Source: Raja brachyura
Taxonomy: Eukaryota
DNA: 64,000 nucleotides
Direction: 5' to 3'
Assembly (NCBI GenBank): GCA_963514005.1
Contig: OY740789.1
Location: 34,472,001 to 34,536,000 of the forward strand
Position numbers and translations under genes: made by a program. Positions within the stretch are counted from its first letter, which is position 1. Each line of letters begins with the position of its first letter. The notes under the pieces are model-generated. The model did no database searches, was not told the origin of the DNA, and was given only the letters and a program-made list of their open reading frames with translations. Below, one piece after another: positions 37,826-51,228 of the stretch.

Positions 37826-40800
37826 ACATTCATATAGACAGAGAGACTGATTGATTAGAAAGAAACGAAGCCGATTGTAGTAACTCCACCCGAATAAAAT
37901 GAGTTTCATCAGTAACCTGTGGCCTAGGATGCAATTTGCCTGCTTTGAAGAAAAGCATTTCGGATAAAAGCCCCTCGCACAAACGGAGAACAAATACACA
38001 TTTAATTCAAACCATGAATAAATTAGTTCCACTTATAAGGAGAATAACAATATTCTGAAATTGATTAGGTCGGGTAGGACCGATGATTTCATATATTGCG
38101 GTCTGTTATCATATGCCTGTTTATGTTTCACGTTTGTAGAGTCCTCGATTATTAAAAACCCAAAGCAAATGGGCCCACATGCTTCCTGGCCCTAAACAAG
38201 ACTGTATTAGTCGAACGTTTTTAAAAAATCGTAGATACGTTAATTGCAAACGTTTGGATTCTTGATAAATGTTGACAATACTGGATAAAAACAAAGGTGT
38301 TGGTTGCTTAAATAACACAATGTGAGCGTGAGGTGGAAGCTGTGAGACTGCAAAAGGAAATGTCCAAGAGGAATACGGAGAAATTCTAATTAGAAAACTG
38401 ATGAAAAGGTTTGTCCCTTTCGAGGCTTTGTCCAAACCAACCGTTTAAAGACCCACCTGAGCAAATGGAGTTCTCACAATCTGCTCTACACCGATTCTAC
38501 ACAAAATCCATATTTTACAGTAATAATTACATTCTACACAAAAAGTGATTCCTTCAGACATTAAAGGAATTACAATAAGACGTGTATGACTTTTCTGAGC
38601 CCAACAAAGTGTCATTCTGTGAAATATTCAAGGCTCTAAACATAACCCACGGCTATACAACTTTTAGGACCAACAAATGTATTTTTTTCTTTGAAGAAGT
38701 GTTTCTCCATCAATTAATTCGGGATATTTTCCCAGCTATAAATAAAACAAATAACAAACTGAGACGCACTCCTTCAAGGTAATCAGTAAAAAGTGTTCAA
38801 GTATCAAGGATGACAAAAAAACCCACTAATTCAACTGCCACCAACTGATATCAGGAATTCTCGCCTCCGATTTTTACTTTTGACATTGATGATAGATTTG
38901 AGAAGTTCTGAATAAATTGCTGGAACAACATCGCCTATTTTTTTTTTTAAATCTATAAAAGCACAACAGCGCCACGCCGGTGAAAACCACTTCAGAAGGT
39001 CGAAGCCAATGCAAAAGGCGACAACAAAACTTGGTGTATCCACCATTGCAAACATCGCTACAGCCAAGTTTCTGAGATGTGTTGCCTAATTGCAGAAAAC
39101 GCAAATGCTTCTTGCTCACGTTGGTATCCAATTCCTTACACAGGAACACAGCAAAATACAAATTGCATAACACCGAGACCACAGAGAAATACAATGTGGT
39201 ATGTGGCATGACACTGATCATTGGTGAAATATTTTAAATTACATCAGAACCTTGGGCTGGATGTCTGGTGCACGATAAAAACTGGGAAACTGTTTGTTTA
39301 CCTATGTTTCAGTATACTCCCCAGTGCGTTCCACATTAAGTTTGCCACCTTGTTTTACAAACACCTGTCTAAGTAACAAGTTAGTCGCTACAAACTATCG
39401 AATTCTATTTATTATCGACGTGTTCTTACCTTTTATCGAATGGTTTTATAGTTCGATCTCAACTAAATCAATCAATCTTTATTTGCCCGAGCCATTCGAT
39501 CAGTGCGTAAAATGGCCCCCTCCCTATTAATTGTAAATGCGAACAAAAGCTGCCAAATGACTGGAAATCGTCTCTGAAATGTTCGCTGTTGTTTGTACCA
39601 CCGCGACCAGCGAGCACTCTGCCGGGGCTTAAACTCATGTCCCAGAAGGAAGCTTCAAAAATACTTTTAAATACATGAACATGTGTTCGCAGCTTTCCAC
39701 ACTGGAAAAATAAATCGCCTGCAACTCCAAACCTTTTACAGTGCGGCGGATACATTTGAAATTGTTTCTACTTTCAAATGATTTTATTTCTTTAACCAAA
39801 ATGCCATTTATTTAACCTATTGCCATTTAATAAGCGATGTAACGATATCTTTTCTTTAAAATACTTCATATTTGTATTATTTTGATTTAAAGTATTGACA
39901 TTGAGATATATCTCTCTAAAGTTTTACTTGTTACAGTGGTTCCTACGTTGGCGAAGACTTGGCTGCGCATTTTTCTGCAAAATCGTCAACTAATTATTGG
40001 AAATAATTAAGTTTTTAAAATGTTTATATTTAATATCTTTGTTTTAATATACCAAGCCGTTTGATAGTTAAATTATAATATCGATAATGCTAATTCATCA
40101 AAGTGCAATGGTTGATATTAGTAGCACCCAATTGGGATGCTAAATTGTGATATAAGGATTTTACGAACTAGTGCCCAGGTTAAATACGGACACAGCTGTG
40201 GAAGTATTAGATCATAGCTTTGAGCTATGTAGAGTATCACAAAGTTTTAAAAGAATACACGACTTGCATTTATGTAGCGCCTTTCAGGACTCCCAGAAGT
40301 GATTTTATGTCGAAGTACTTTTGAAGTATCTTCACTGTCACAGTGCAGGATGCATTGAAGGACCGCATCTTCTAATTAAAGAAAATATATTCTAGTTTCA
40401 GTGAGCCTTTAAACTTTTTTATATCTATGATAACAGTGACATGGGTGCCGGAGATCTGTTTTCTGGATAATTGATCTGATTGACTGTTGGGTTAACATTT
40501 TAGGTGTGCTAAATTATTCGAGGAAGGAAAATTTAAATCTGGATGCGATGGAAGAAATAGGTTTAAGCTCGTCTATAAATCATCATTGTGGGACGTTTTA
40601 TATATGGAAAAACAAAATCCTGCAAAAATACAAATTTCTACGGAAAACTGTATATCTACCAGACAGTATTTATATCTAATCAACTTTTATGTCGATACAA
40701 CATGCTGCATTTTCTAGCATTTATTAAACAGGCATAGGAATACAGATTATTTTGGTGCTTTTTTGACTAGAACATTTCACAAAATAACAACCAAGGAATG

Positions 40801-41374
40801 AAAATACGCTGTTTTACCCGCTGCCTGATACCCAGTCGGTTGCCATCAATTGCAGTTCAGCTGATGATTTACTCTTACAGATGTTAATCTTCTGCCCAAC
40901 ATTAAATAAAATTGATAGTTCGCTCCTTAAGTAGATCCGATCACATTTGCCCAGCACCTGTTATTTCGTAGTCCAGATGTACTCTTTGAACATACACCAC
41001 TTCCTGATCTGAAGAAAAGTAGGAGGAGTCGTTTAAATCAATGAAAATTTGGATGGTTTTATGTCTAAATCGGCTATCACCTCACCGCCTGTCAAAATAA
41101 GAACTCAAGGAGCGTAAAGTCATCGAACGCCGTTCGATCAGAAGTATTAAAACGGCTTAAACCGGGCTCACTTTTTTCCTCCGGTAATAGAACGGGTGTT
41201 TCTCTTAGTTAATTAGTCCAAGTATCAGACACCATTTAATTAGTAGGGACAAAAACACAAAACCTCCCACCTCACCTGAGCAAATAGAAGAATGTCCTCA
41301 ACAAAAAAATCATTTCCCAAATTTCACAGGAATATTTCAAGAGAGGCAAAAAAAAACCCAAATCAATCGTCAAG

Positions 41375-41589
41375 CAAAATTAATGGGGAAAAATACAGTC
41401 TTGTAATGCATTGCCATATAAAATCCAAGGTAGGTAGGGGCTCGGGAGGATCAGCTGCCAGGAGGCATTTTTTCATTGCTTTAATCGGGATAAAGTTGTG
41501 TTGTGGAGAACGCGGCGCTGCAATCAGTCTCTGACACAGCTCTGGAGCAGATGCCTCCTTTCCAAATTATACAGTTTAATCCCTTCACA
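41375..41589. promoter_or_regulatory. Candidate conserved non-coding element upstream of Otx2
   Basis: Unique, motif-dense block (ATTAATGG, TTTAATC, GATAA, TAATCC) cut by the gap; conservation not tested. Confidence 0.4.
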
Positions 41590-41744
41590 NNNNNNNNNNN
41601 NNNNNNNNNNNNNNNNNNNNNNNNNNNNNNNNNNNNNNNNNNNNNNNNNNNNNNNNNNNNNNNNNNNNNNNNNNNNNNNNNNNNNNNNNNNNNNNNNNNN
41701 NNNNNNNNNNNNNNNNNNNNNNNNNNNNNNNNNNNNNNNNNNNN
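41590..41744. other. Assembly gap
   Basis: Run of N. Confidence 1.
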
Positions 41745-44458
41745 GGTGCAAAAATAGCAATCTAAGGCAGAACCAAGTGTGAGTGAGTGAGTGAGTGAGT
41801 GTGTGCGTGTAAGAAACAGAGGACTACTTCACACTCGTGCCTGCCCCTGCCTTATCACCTTCCATTCTCCGGCTTTGCCAGTTTCCCATTTTCTAGGATT
41901 CTGGCCTGCACTGTTGTTATTCTTGTTTCCTTTGAAACAAGTTAACTCCTTCGAGGCAAGTGGCGCTTTTCAAAAGACCCGGCACTCGATTTTTAGACAA
42001 CTGGCATAACTTTCTCCTTAATGAATTGGCCATTCTCGGTGAAAGTTGATTTGTAAATTGGGCTATCAGTAACTCGTTTTGTTGCATTTAACATTCATTA
42101 TTAATAACACATTGGTGGAATCAATGCAAATAAAAATACAACAGGGGCCAGTGTACTGTTCTTTTTAAACAAAGAGATCCCTGGAAAACTGAAACTAAAA
42201 AAATGAATACATTACAGATCAGACAGCATCTGTTGAGATATTTCAGATAGGGCATATGCATATCTCTCTCTCCACAGATGCCGACTGACCTGCCAGAGCT
42301 TCTACTTAAAAAATATATATACTGAAATGCCAGCACCTTTTATTTTCATTAATGTGTAACAATTGGATAATAGTTTTGCGAGCGACACTGTTTATTCATT
42401 AAGTTCCACACTAGAGATCAGACAATAGTTTAAAATATCAGATTAGCTGTTACTTTAAATAAACAATATTTTGCTAATCTAGCGATTTTCTCGTCTTGGG
42501 GTGCCTCCTGCGAAAATAATTTACTTTCTTTGCAACACCACAAAGGGACCAGCTGTCGATTATACTCCGTTTTTTATTCTGAGGGTGTTATTGTGTATGA
42601 TCGTGACATATGCGAATATTTAGCTTTGTATCTCACAGACTCATAGACTGATTAGGTTGGAATTTTACTACTAAAATTAGGAAATGAATATAACTCACTT
42701 TTGACATGTCTTCATTATGGAAATTGACTGTTGAGCTGAAGAGATCTTTTAATTGAAAATCCGCCATATTTCAATAGTAATGCAACTGAAGAAGATTATA
42801 TACTTTATCCAAACATTCGAACAATTACTGTTGGGATCGAGGATAACAACCAAACACCAGAAGGCATTAGCACCAATATTACAGGTTATATTAATTGCTG
42901 GGCGAATCTGATTTCATAAAATAAATTATTTGACAATATTTACACGACCAGGGCAGTATTACAATTTGAGTGAGACACTTAGTATATAAAACTTCTGAGT
43001 CAAGACCGTGTGATTTTGTTTAAACGGATGAACTAAATAGAACGAGTGTGATGAATTCATCAAGGGGTGATTAAGCTTGAATTCTTTATATATATATAAA
43101 GAATATATATATAAATATAAATAAATAAATATATAAGTTATGTTCTGATATGTAAAATGTATTTGCTTTAAATTCTGAATGGCAGCTTATTTACACCAGA
43201 TCTTCAAAAAACGTTTTTTCGTCGCTTTGAACACGGAATGCAAGTTATGGTGTAAATCGGAGAGGTTTTGTTACGTTTTGGGAAATTAAGAGGCGCAGAG
43301 TGAACAGCAGCAAGAACTCCATACATCAAGACAGATTACATTTAAATCTAACTCTGTTATTATGGATGTTTGCGAAATGTCAATTTTGAAATTTAGACAG
43401 AAGTGAGGACAACAACATTCGCAATTCATCTACCACAGACTAATGATCAAACCCCGATGTCTAATATTCAGTTTCACTTTATATGGATGTTGACCATTAC
43501 TGCTAACATTCATTATCCCAATTCTGCCTTTATTTATCCTCGACCTTCTTTGCTACCCATTTTTTACGGCAAAAGAGCGGAGCTCCAGCCAAATTTCTTT
43601 TGTACTATCCATCGCATTAAAATAGTAAGCAACTTCTGTAAAGGCAACGTGACGTGTTCACCTTTTTATTTAAAATAAAACAACACAGGTTCCGACAATG
43701 TCGCTCGGTGAATAACAACATTAGAGGAGTCGCTCGAGTGGTTTGTGGCTGGGAATTTGTCGCCCTATCTGCCAACAGGAATAACTTGGAATATCAAAAG
43801 CACTTAAAGAAAAACAAACCCAGAGAACCACAATAGACGCGAAATCCCTTCCATTACATTGGCATGTATTAAAAGAGCCTGAGAAAAATTACTATGCAGC
43901 TGAAACAAAGTTTATAAACAATTGTAGTGGACCTGGGCGATGATTAACATACAAGTCTACTTTACCAATACACCTTTAATAGCAGTGCAGCGATGTAGGA
44001 TTTTATTTGGTTTAGATTAAGTGTTTTCCTCATTTCCGCGGCAGTGTGTTACTACTAAACCCCAAGTAACAACTCCAGTTTCGGCAGTTACAAACCCGAG
44101 GAAAAAACTATCTTGATACGTTAATTACATTTCAAAAATTTAAGAATTATAGTCTGGTATTACTCTGTAGATCTGAGCAAAATACAACTACAATCACAAA
44201 TGCAATCGAGATTTAATTCAACTCAATTAAGACGAAGTTCGATTTATTTTTCGACAGTGAGATGATGTAAACAATATGTTCGAAATTGTGATAAAAAAAA
44301 TGCTTGCTATAGCATTTATTTTTTGTTTAAAAAGTAAAACAGCCCTAAACGCAACTTTAAATTTCCAATGCTATTATCGAGAATCCCCTATCAATGACAC
44401 GACTTGTAAACTTACGCCGGGAAAAATATTTATTGTGAGCTAACAAATGCAGCATACA

Positions 44459-44562
44459 AAGGTAGGCACAAAATGCTGGAGTAAGTCAGCGGGGCAGGCA
44501 GCATCTCTGGAGAGAAAGAACGGGTGACGTTTCGGGCCGAGACCCTTCTTCAGACTACAAAT
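44459..44562 (-). mobile_element. Penelope-derived short element
   Basis: Family sequence flanked by the 16-bp repeat ACAAATGC(A/T)GCATACA (44443-44458, 44563-44578). Confidence 0.85.
44520..44556 (-). ncRNA. Minimal type I hammerhead ribozyme-like motif
   Basis: AGU CUGAAGA A GGGU-CUCG-GCCC GAAAC GUC ACC: conserved core, 4-bp stem II, palindromic ACGU stem III and GUC site; stem I only about 2 bp. Confidence 0.6.
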
Positions 44563-47084
44563 ACAAATGCTGCATACAGTTGCAGGAAATAAAACAAAAG
44601 TGATTGCTTTTCACAAATACCCTCCTGAACAACAACTTGCGTGTTTACCTCAAAGATGAACTGCAATGCAAAATTAGTGGTTTATTCTTTATGTCTTTCA
44701 CGGAGAGGTCTACAAAGTACAGTTTAAATTTTGCGTAATATTTAATTACAGAACCTTATTAGCGTCATCACAATTTGCAAATAGTAATCGTATTTCCCTC
44801 CGGAATTATGTATTTTAAAATCCCATTCCTTGTGTATAAGGTACATAACCCCAATCCTTGTGCATAATGTACAGAACGAAACACCCCTCTTGTTCTACAA
44901 GAAAGTTTAAAAAGACCTTCTCAGGTAATGAGGAACTGCCTGAAAAAAAACTAATGTAACCACATTAACATTGTGTCCACGAAGCAGATGGGAGGAAGCA
45001 ACACCCCCCCCCCCCCCCCCCCCCCCACACACACACACAAGCAACACTGCCTCTCCTATCCCACCCATCTTCTCCTCTTCCCTATGCATAATTCCAGGCA
45101 TGTAAACAAACTTGCAAAATGTCCATCAGGCCATTTTATCCTGGAAACAAGATTTAGGACTTAAAATTTAAACAAGGCAATTATAGCATCGCAAACATTC
45201 GAGTGCTGCGACTTTATGTTTCTGACATCGATGATTTAATGCAGAGACAGGAGGAGTACGCGGCATTGAAGCGACCCACCTCCTGAAAGTTTCTCAGAAG
45301 CATTTAAAAGTAATACTACTCCTTAAACTTATTACCTTTATTTTTTACAGGCGGCGTAAATATTTCAGGTACCCTCTGAAAATACTGGACACATATTTAC
45401 AGAATACCAAGTGAGAAATATTTCCAACCACAAAGCAGAGGGCATCACCTGTACATATTTTAAAAGAGGCATGTATAGACTAGTTATCAACAGTAAGGAA
45501 AGAGTATTAAAAATCCCATAGGTTCTCAATATCTCAACGAATAATTTAACCGAACAATTACTGCAGTTTATATGCTAGCATATGTTCAAAGTAACTGAGG
45601 GGAAACAAAGACGACTATACCGCTGGCAATGTCCAAATTACCAACGTTTAATGCAATCAATCGAACTAACTGTTACTTTTGCTGACCAATAGAACCATTG
45701 GTTGTTCGCTGTGAAATAAAAAGTATGTTTCATTTGCACAGTTCAATATTGTCCAGGTCACACCAAAGAATACCCGTGGAATTTGGCGGAGTGAACACAA
45801 CAAAATCCTCGCTAAACAAGTGCAGGGAAAGGGGAAACATGAGTTTCAGCGAAACATCTCCAGACCTGGACGTGAATTCAGAAGTAGGCAGTTATTGTGA
45901 GTCACATCCTCTAATGACATATTGTACATGTTGCATGTCAATTGATGTAGGACACATGCTACATCAGTATTCTGAAAGGTCAATTTTACATATTGTCATG
46001 GAACTTTAAAAAACATAAGGAGGAGCAGGAGGCGGCCATCTAGACCTTTGCGTCTGCTCTATCTTTACAGCATTTCGCTGTCTCTCCCTCTTGTTTTCAT
46101 CCTCTCATATCCGGGCCAAGTGAATGTGAAGACATTGGATGTTCGGAGCTGGAGAGAGGAGGCGACCTCTGACCCTTTGCCCACTGTATTTACCTGGTTG
46201 ATCCACTCACTCTCTGGTCAATGGTGTTCCCCAAATATTAATGGTGGGTAAATGCACCAATGTTTTTGGAGATTGTCAATGTGTTACACCCATGTGGTAT
46301 GAGTACTATGTGTATTTGATCAGCTCCAGTCATTGAGTCATATAGCATGGAAACAGGCATTTTTCCAACTCATCCATGCCTACTAAGATGCCCTATCTTG
46401 GTCTTTTAGCTGCAGAGTGCTGTATTACCTAATGGGCAGTGACTGGAATTGATTACTGAACATTTATACCTCATGACTGAAGATGGGTTTTCCTGGGACA
46501 CGATGGTAAGAGACACACACAGTGATGTATTGGGGTTGATATGATTTGGACTGGCTTATTAATCCATAATTCATACATATAAACTGGTAATCTTGTGATT
46601 GGAGGAACAATGTCTTTGTACGTTTCAGCCCCCCTTGCATTTAATTCTCACACATCCCTCTCCCACTGCCCTCTCAAACCATGCAATTCAGCTTGAAAGC
46701 CTGAATCTTTAAGGTTTAACATTGTTGTTTGGCATATTATTCATTGGCCACAAGTAAAATATGCTTTCTTAAAACTTTGTCCCATTTTCACGTTGTAGAA
46801 ATCATTTGTGGATCAGACCTCTGCATTATATTATCTCAGATTACCATGAAGACCCTCTGACTTGAAATTCAAGGTAAAGTCCATTAATGCCGCACATTTC
46901 CCACAAGTAACATCAAATATATTTCCTTCCAGTTGCTTTTACAAATGTACTGCTAATTAAGTAGAATTGAAATACTTAAGATTCTTTACAACATCACTGA
47001 ACTGAATCCTTCTGCCTATTGACATTGTGCCTTAAAAGACTTCTAACGATTTTGCAACTGGTATCCTTGAATAAGACTGATACT

Positions 47085-47250
47085 ACACAACACTTGCCAG
47101 TTTTTGCCCAGCTCCTACCTCTTTTTCAACTTTCTCCCCCATATTGCATTCCATCTGATGAAGGGTCCTGACCCAAAACATCACTTCTCAATGTTCTCCA
47201 GGGATGCTGCCTGACCCGCTGAGTTACTCCAGCACTTGTATTTTGCTACA
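47085..47250 (+). mobile_element. Penelope terminal fragment with a decayed hammerhead core
   Basis: CTGATGA AGGGTCCTGACCC AAAAC ATC from 47155, then gatgctgcctgacccgctgagttactccagca. Confidence 0.75.
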
Positions 47251-47695
47251 AAGAAATAATCGTGATTTGAGCACAAATCGTGATTTATTTTTAGGATAAG
47301 CCGGAAGAGAGTTTGGATATTTTTGGCCATATATTTAATTGTACAAATAGAATGTTCATGATATTTCATGTTTAATTGTGATAGTACAGTATTCATAATG
47401 TTGCAACCCAACACAAACATCCCATTTTTATTTGTCAGACATTACTTTCACAATTTTAACAGTGCTTCAATTGGACATAATTATAAGTATAGAAAGAAGG
47501 ATCTGCTGATGCTGGTTGACAAAAAAGACACAAAGTGCTGGAGTAACTCTGCAGGTCATGCTCAATTCTAGGTATGTTCTTGATAAATAGTTATTATATC
47601 TATATTTGATGAGTCATATTTCATCAGTGGGACCTGTCTACAGTTTGCAGACAAGATTTTTTATTCATGACTATTTGCAATTATCTTTTTCCAAT

Positions 47696-48247
47696 TTGTA
47701 GGAAGGAACTGCAGATGCTGGTTTAAACCAAAGATAGACGCAAAAAGCTGGAGTAAGTCAGCGGGACAGGCAGCATCTCTGGAGAAAGGGAATGGGTGAT
47801 TTTTCGGGTTGAGACCCTTCTTCAGTGTAAAGAATGGTCTCGACCCATGTGAGGAATGTGGAATCCACAGTGATGATGTCTATGTTAACTTTTATGTGGT
47901 TGTGTGTCTTGTTAGATAGACCTTTTAAAGATAGTGGTCAGAGTATATGGGGAGAAGGCAGGAACAGGGTACTGATTGTGGATGATCAGCCATGATCACA
48001 TTGAATGGTGGTGCAGGCTCGAAGGGCTGAATGGCCTACTCCTGCATCTATTGTCTATTCTCTATTGTCTATTGTTGCTTTTCACTTAGTATGGCTGTAT
48101 GGTAACTCAAATTTCACTGTACCTTAATTGGTACATGTGACAATAAACTGACCTTGACCTTGAAATCTTGACCCGAAACGTCACCTATTCCTACTCTCCA
48201 GAGACGCTGCCTGTCCCACTGAGTTACCCCAGCTTTTTGTGTCTATC
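47696..48247. mobile_element. Palindromic Penelope-derived element carrying two nested LINE fragments
   Basis: Inverted arms at about 47733-47846 and 48166-48247; outer 14-bp repeat TATC(T/A)TTTTCCAAT; LINE tail 47847-48165, which contains a CR1 tail at about 47914-48072. Confidence 0.8.
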
Positions 48248-50328
48248 ATTTTCCAATGATGTCTTTGGTCAGATAATGTGAATGTGCCTCAAATAACAAT
48301 TTCAATTAGTTGTTGAACTATGCACAAACAGCATGAGAAAATCTTGCCATCTATTCATCAAAGGCAGAATATACACTTGCATATTGTTTTTCAATAAAAC
48401 ATTTGCATCTTGTATACTTGAACCTCAAAATTAAGTTCTTATAGCTTGCATTCAACTAGTTCCCAGTCACTATGCTTATCGTTGATCTTGCCAATTAAAT
48501 GTAGAGGGAATCAATATCTTTATCTGTTTCCTCCAAAAGAATTCCAGGAAATATTTTTTTTTAAATTAATGCAACAGAACAAAATGCACATTTGCAAGCA
48601 GTACATCAATTATAATTTGGAGCTTAATCCATTTTGACTTTGCAAAATATGGCAAACAAGATTTGCAACAAAATTAAAAGTTTAAAGATAAGGAAAATGT
48701 GATTTTCCTTTATCAACGTGAAAGTGTAAAGTATTTACACAAAAATGAATTCTGCAATAATATTTTGCAAAAATATTGTCTCTGCTATCCAGTAATAATA
48801 TTTTCTGAAGCATTTCAGACATTGAAACTGCCTCAAACAACAGGTTATTTTATTTCAATATAAATTTTACAATTGTAAATTATCGTTATGAGACCATCTT
48901 ACTTTGGTGGCCAATGGACAAAAGCATCTGAATGTGGCAATATAATTTTTGTTTTTTGAAATTTCATCAGTGTTGAAATTTCTAGGATGAAATTATTGCA
49001 TTAATAATCTAACACTTGAATAAACTGCACCAATAAATTATTTTCATCATACATGAAAAGATAGTTCAATTATTCAGAATATAATAAACTATTTTCAATG
49101 TAAAGGCAAATATATTGTTTCCATAGGCTTATCAGGAACTAAAAACAACTCAATTGAATCATACAAAACTATTTACTCATTAGCTTCTTATGTTCCTGCA
49201 TACTCCTGCAATCACACTTCACTTTTGATGTTTGCACATTTTTCCTAAATTATTTTCACCATGTACATGTAATATCAATCACTTCTTGATTCTATTTGAC
49301 AAAATGGAATTTCGAATCTTTTATACTTTATGTTCAGGTTTACAACCCCTTTTCTATTTGTCCAGTTAGCCCACCTGAAGTACTACTATATCATCCTAAA
49401 ATATTTGTTATTATGAAAGTGTCATTATTTTATTTTATTTACAATATTTATAGCAGGTAATATGTTCACTAAATTTTCAAATAAACTAAATCTGTTAGAA
49501 ATCATATGAAAACTACTTGATTGAGCACTATATTAAGGAACAATTATATCCTACCTCTCTCCTTTCTATATGGTTATATTTTATTATATATCAGATGGAT
49601 TTGGACACTGGCTTTTTAATGCTCATTTTGTGTTACAGTATTTAACAATATTTAAGTATTTTTCAAAAGGAACAGGGTTTGGTTTCTAATCTAAAAAAAG
49701 TTAGAACTAATTAAAATGTCTCTTGGAAATGTACGTAGATAAGTTCATTGTTCTCTCCTGAAATATTATTTCGATGTGCAATCCCAGGTTATTATTATAT
49801 ATTGTTTTTGACTGTACTTTGCTGTTATTTTGTGTAGAAGCTGACGTATTAATATTTACTATTGCCGAATACTGCAACTACCCCTTTAATGTATTGTAAA
49901 AGTCTACAAATTGCTCCTGTGTTACTGATTGAAACAAGTTTCTCTGATGTTAAAAGTAATCTTACATTGTGCCTTAACCATTGTCAATCATAAATTGTTC
50001 CCATGCCAATTATTTTTTTGCATTGTTCAGGTTATCTCTACATTGTTCACTATTCCAGATTGTCCTCATTGGTTTAAATCCATGCATTCAAACAGATTTA
50101 ATAATAAATACAATACATCCTTAAAAAAATGTGATTTGTAGGTGAACAATTATAACATTTTTCAGTTATGGACATTGTAGGAAACAAGGGATGAAATTGC
50201 TTTGGCTCTGACAGAGATTGCTGTATCTTCATTATATACGGTTGAGGTACCAGTAGACTAAGAAGTGGCTAATGCTGTGTTTTGTTTAAGAATGGATACA
50301 AGGACAAGACAGGGAACTAAGATATGGT

Positions 50329-50505
50329 AAAGGGGCTGCCCCATTGCGGCAACCTAATTGGCAAGTTTAGAAGAGTTTAGGAGAGTTTGAAGAAGTGTCA
50401 TGTTGAAGACCTCCTTCGACTATGTAGAAGACCTCCTTCGACCTCCTTCGACTATGTTGAAGACTAGCTTCAATTAGCTTCAGGAAAATTGGACACCGAA
50501 TAGTG
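50329..50505. mobile_element. Truncated MITE-like fragment with short internal repeats
   Basis: Begins AAGGGGCTGCCCCA (similar to the 3962 TIR); GAAGACCTCCTTCGAC repeats; no second TIR found. Confidence 0.45.
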
Positions 50506-50594
50506 CAAAACTATTAACTTTTGTATCATCAGCAAACTTGCTAATCTTGCCCTGTATATTCCCATCCAAATTGTTTATGAATGATCCCCGACAA

Positions 50595-50810
50595 CATACA
50601 TGGTGAAAGATTAATCTTTATTCCATAAGTAATCCAGAACATTTAAACTGCCAGCCATTCATATCCAGCTCTGCATGGCTTCTGAGAGCCGGCTGACCTT
50701 GTTAATGTAAAACCATGTAGTACCGTAATACCATGTAATGGGTGGCATGCATATATGTGTAGTGAAGATTATAAATGGCATGGATTAATAAGAGTTAATC
50801 TACTTCCTTC
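50595..50810. promoter_or_regulatory. Candidate enhancer with clustered Otx/K50 sites
   Basis: AAAGATTAATCTTT palindrome (50606-50619), TAATCC 50630, AGATTA 50766, GGATTA 50782, TAATCT 50796. Confidence 0.45.
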
Positions 50811-50949
50811 CTCTTAAAGAAGCAAAGCATATATAGAGTGGTTAGTGGAGCATATTGTAAAACAATAGTATAAGGTGTGTATATTTCTTATTTTACTTGT
50901 ACATACTTGTGCATATGTGAGCACATAAAATGAAACGAGTCATGCACAG

Positions 50950-51228
50950 TTCAAGTATAGCCGGAGAACTTTCCATCAGTGGGTTGGGCTTGCAGACACG
51001 ACCTGCACATGTACGGAAGAACCCCTCGTGCGCTCATCTTTCTCTGAGTGAGCAAGTCCCTTATCGGGTGAACGCGGAGGAGAAGACACCGGTGGAGATG
51101 GGTGCACCGGGGAAGGCAGGGATGGCGCTGGCACCGGTAGAGGAATCGCTGGAATGGCATTCGTGGAGCGTGAGGGAAATACAGGCTGGTCAGAGTAAGG
51201 ATGTGGAGATGCCGGTTCATTGGATGTC
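50950..51228 (-). mobile_element. Possible Gypsy pol C-terminal fragment
   Basis: Pro/Ser-rich frame (EPASPHP...PLPVPAPSLPSP...) followed, after a frameshift, by RTCAGRVCKPNP, resembling TRSGR-type integrase tails. Confidence 0.35.

Noticed and set aside
37442-41782. ORFs containing X runs
   Set aside because: Artefacts of reading through N gaps.
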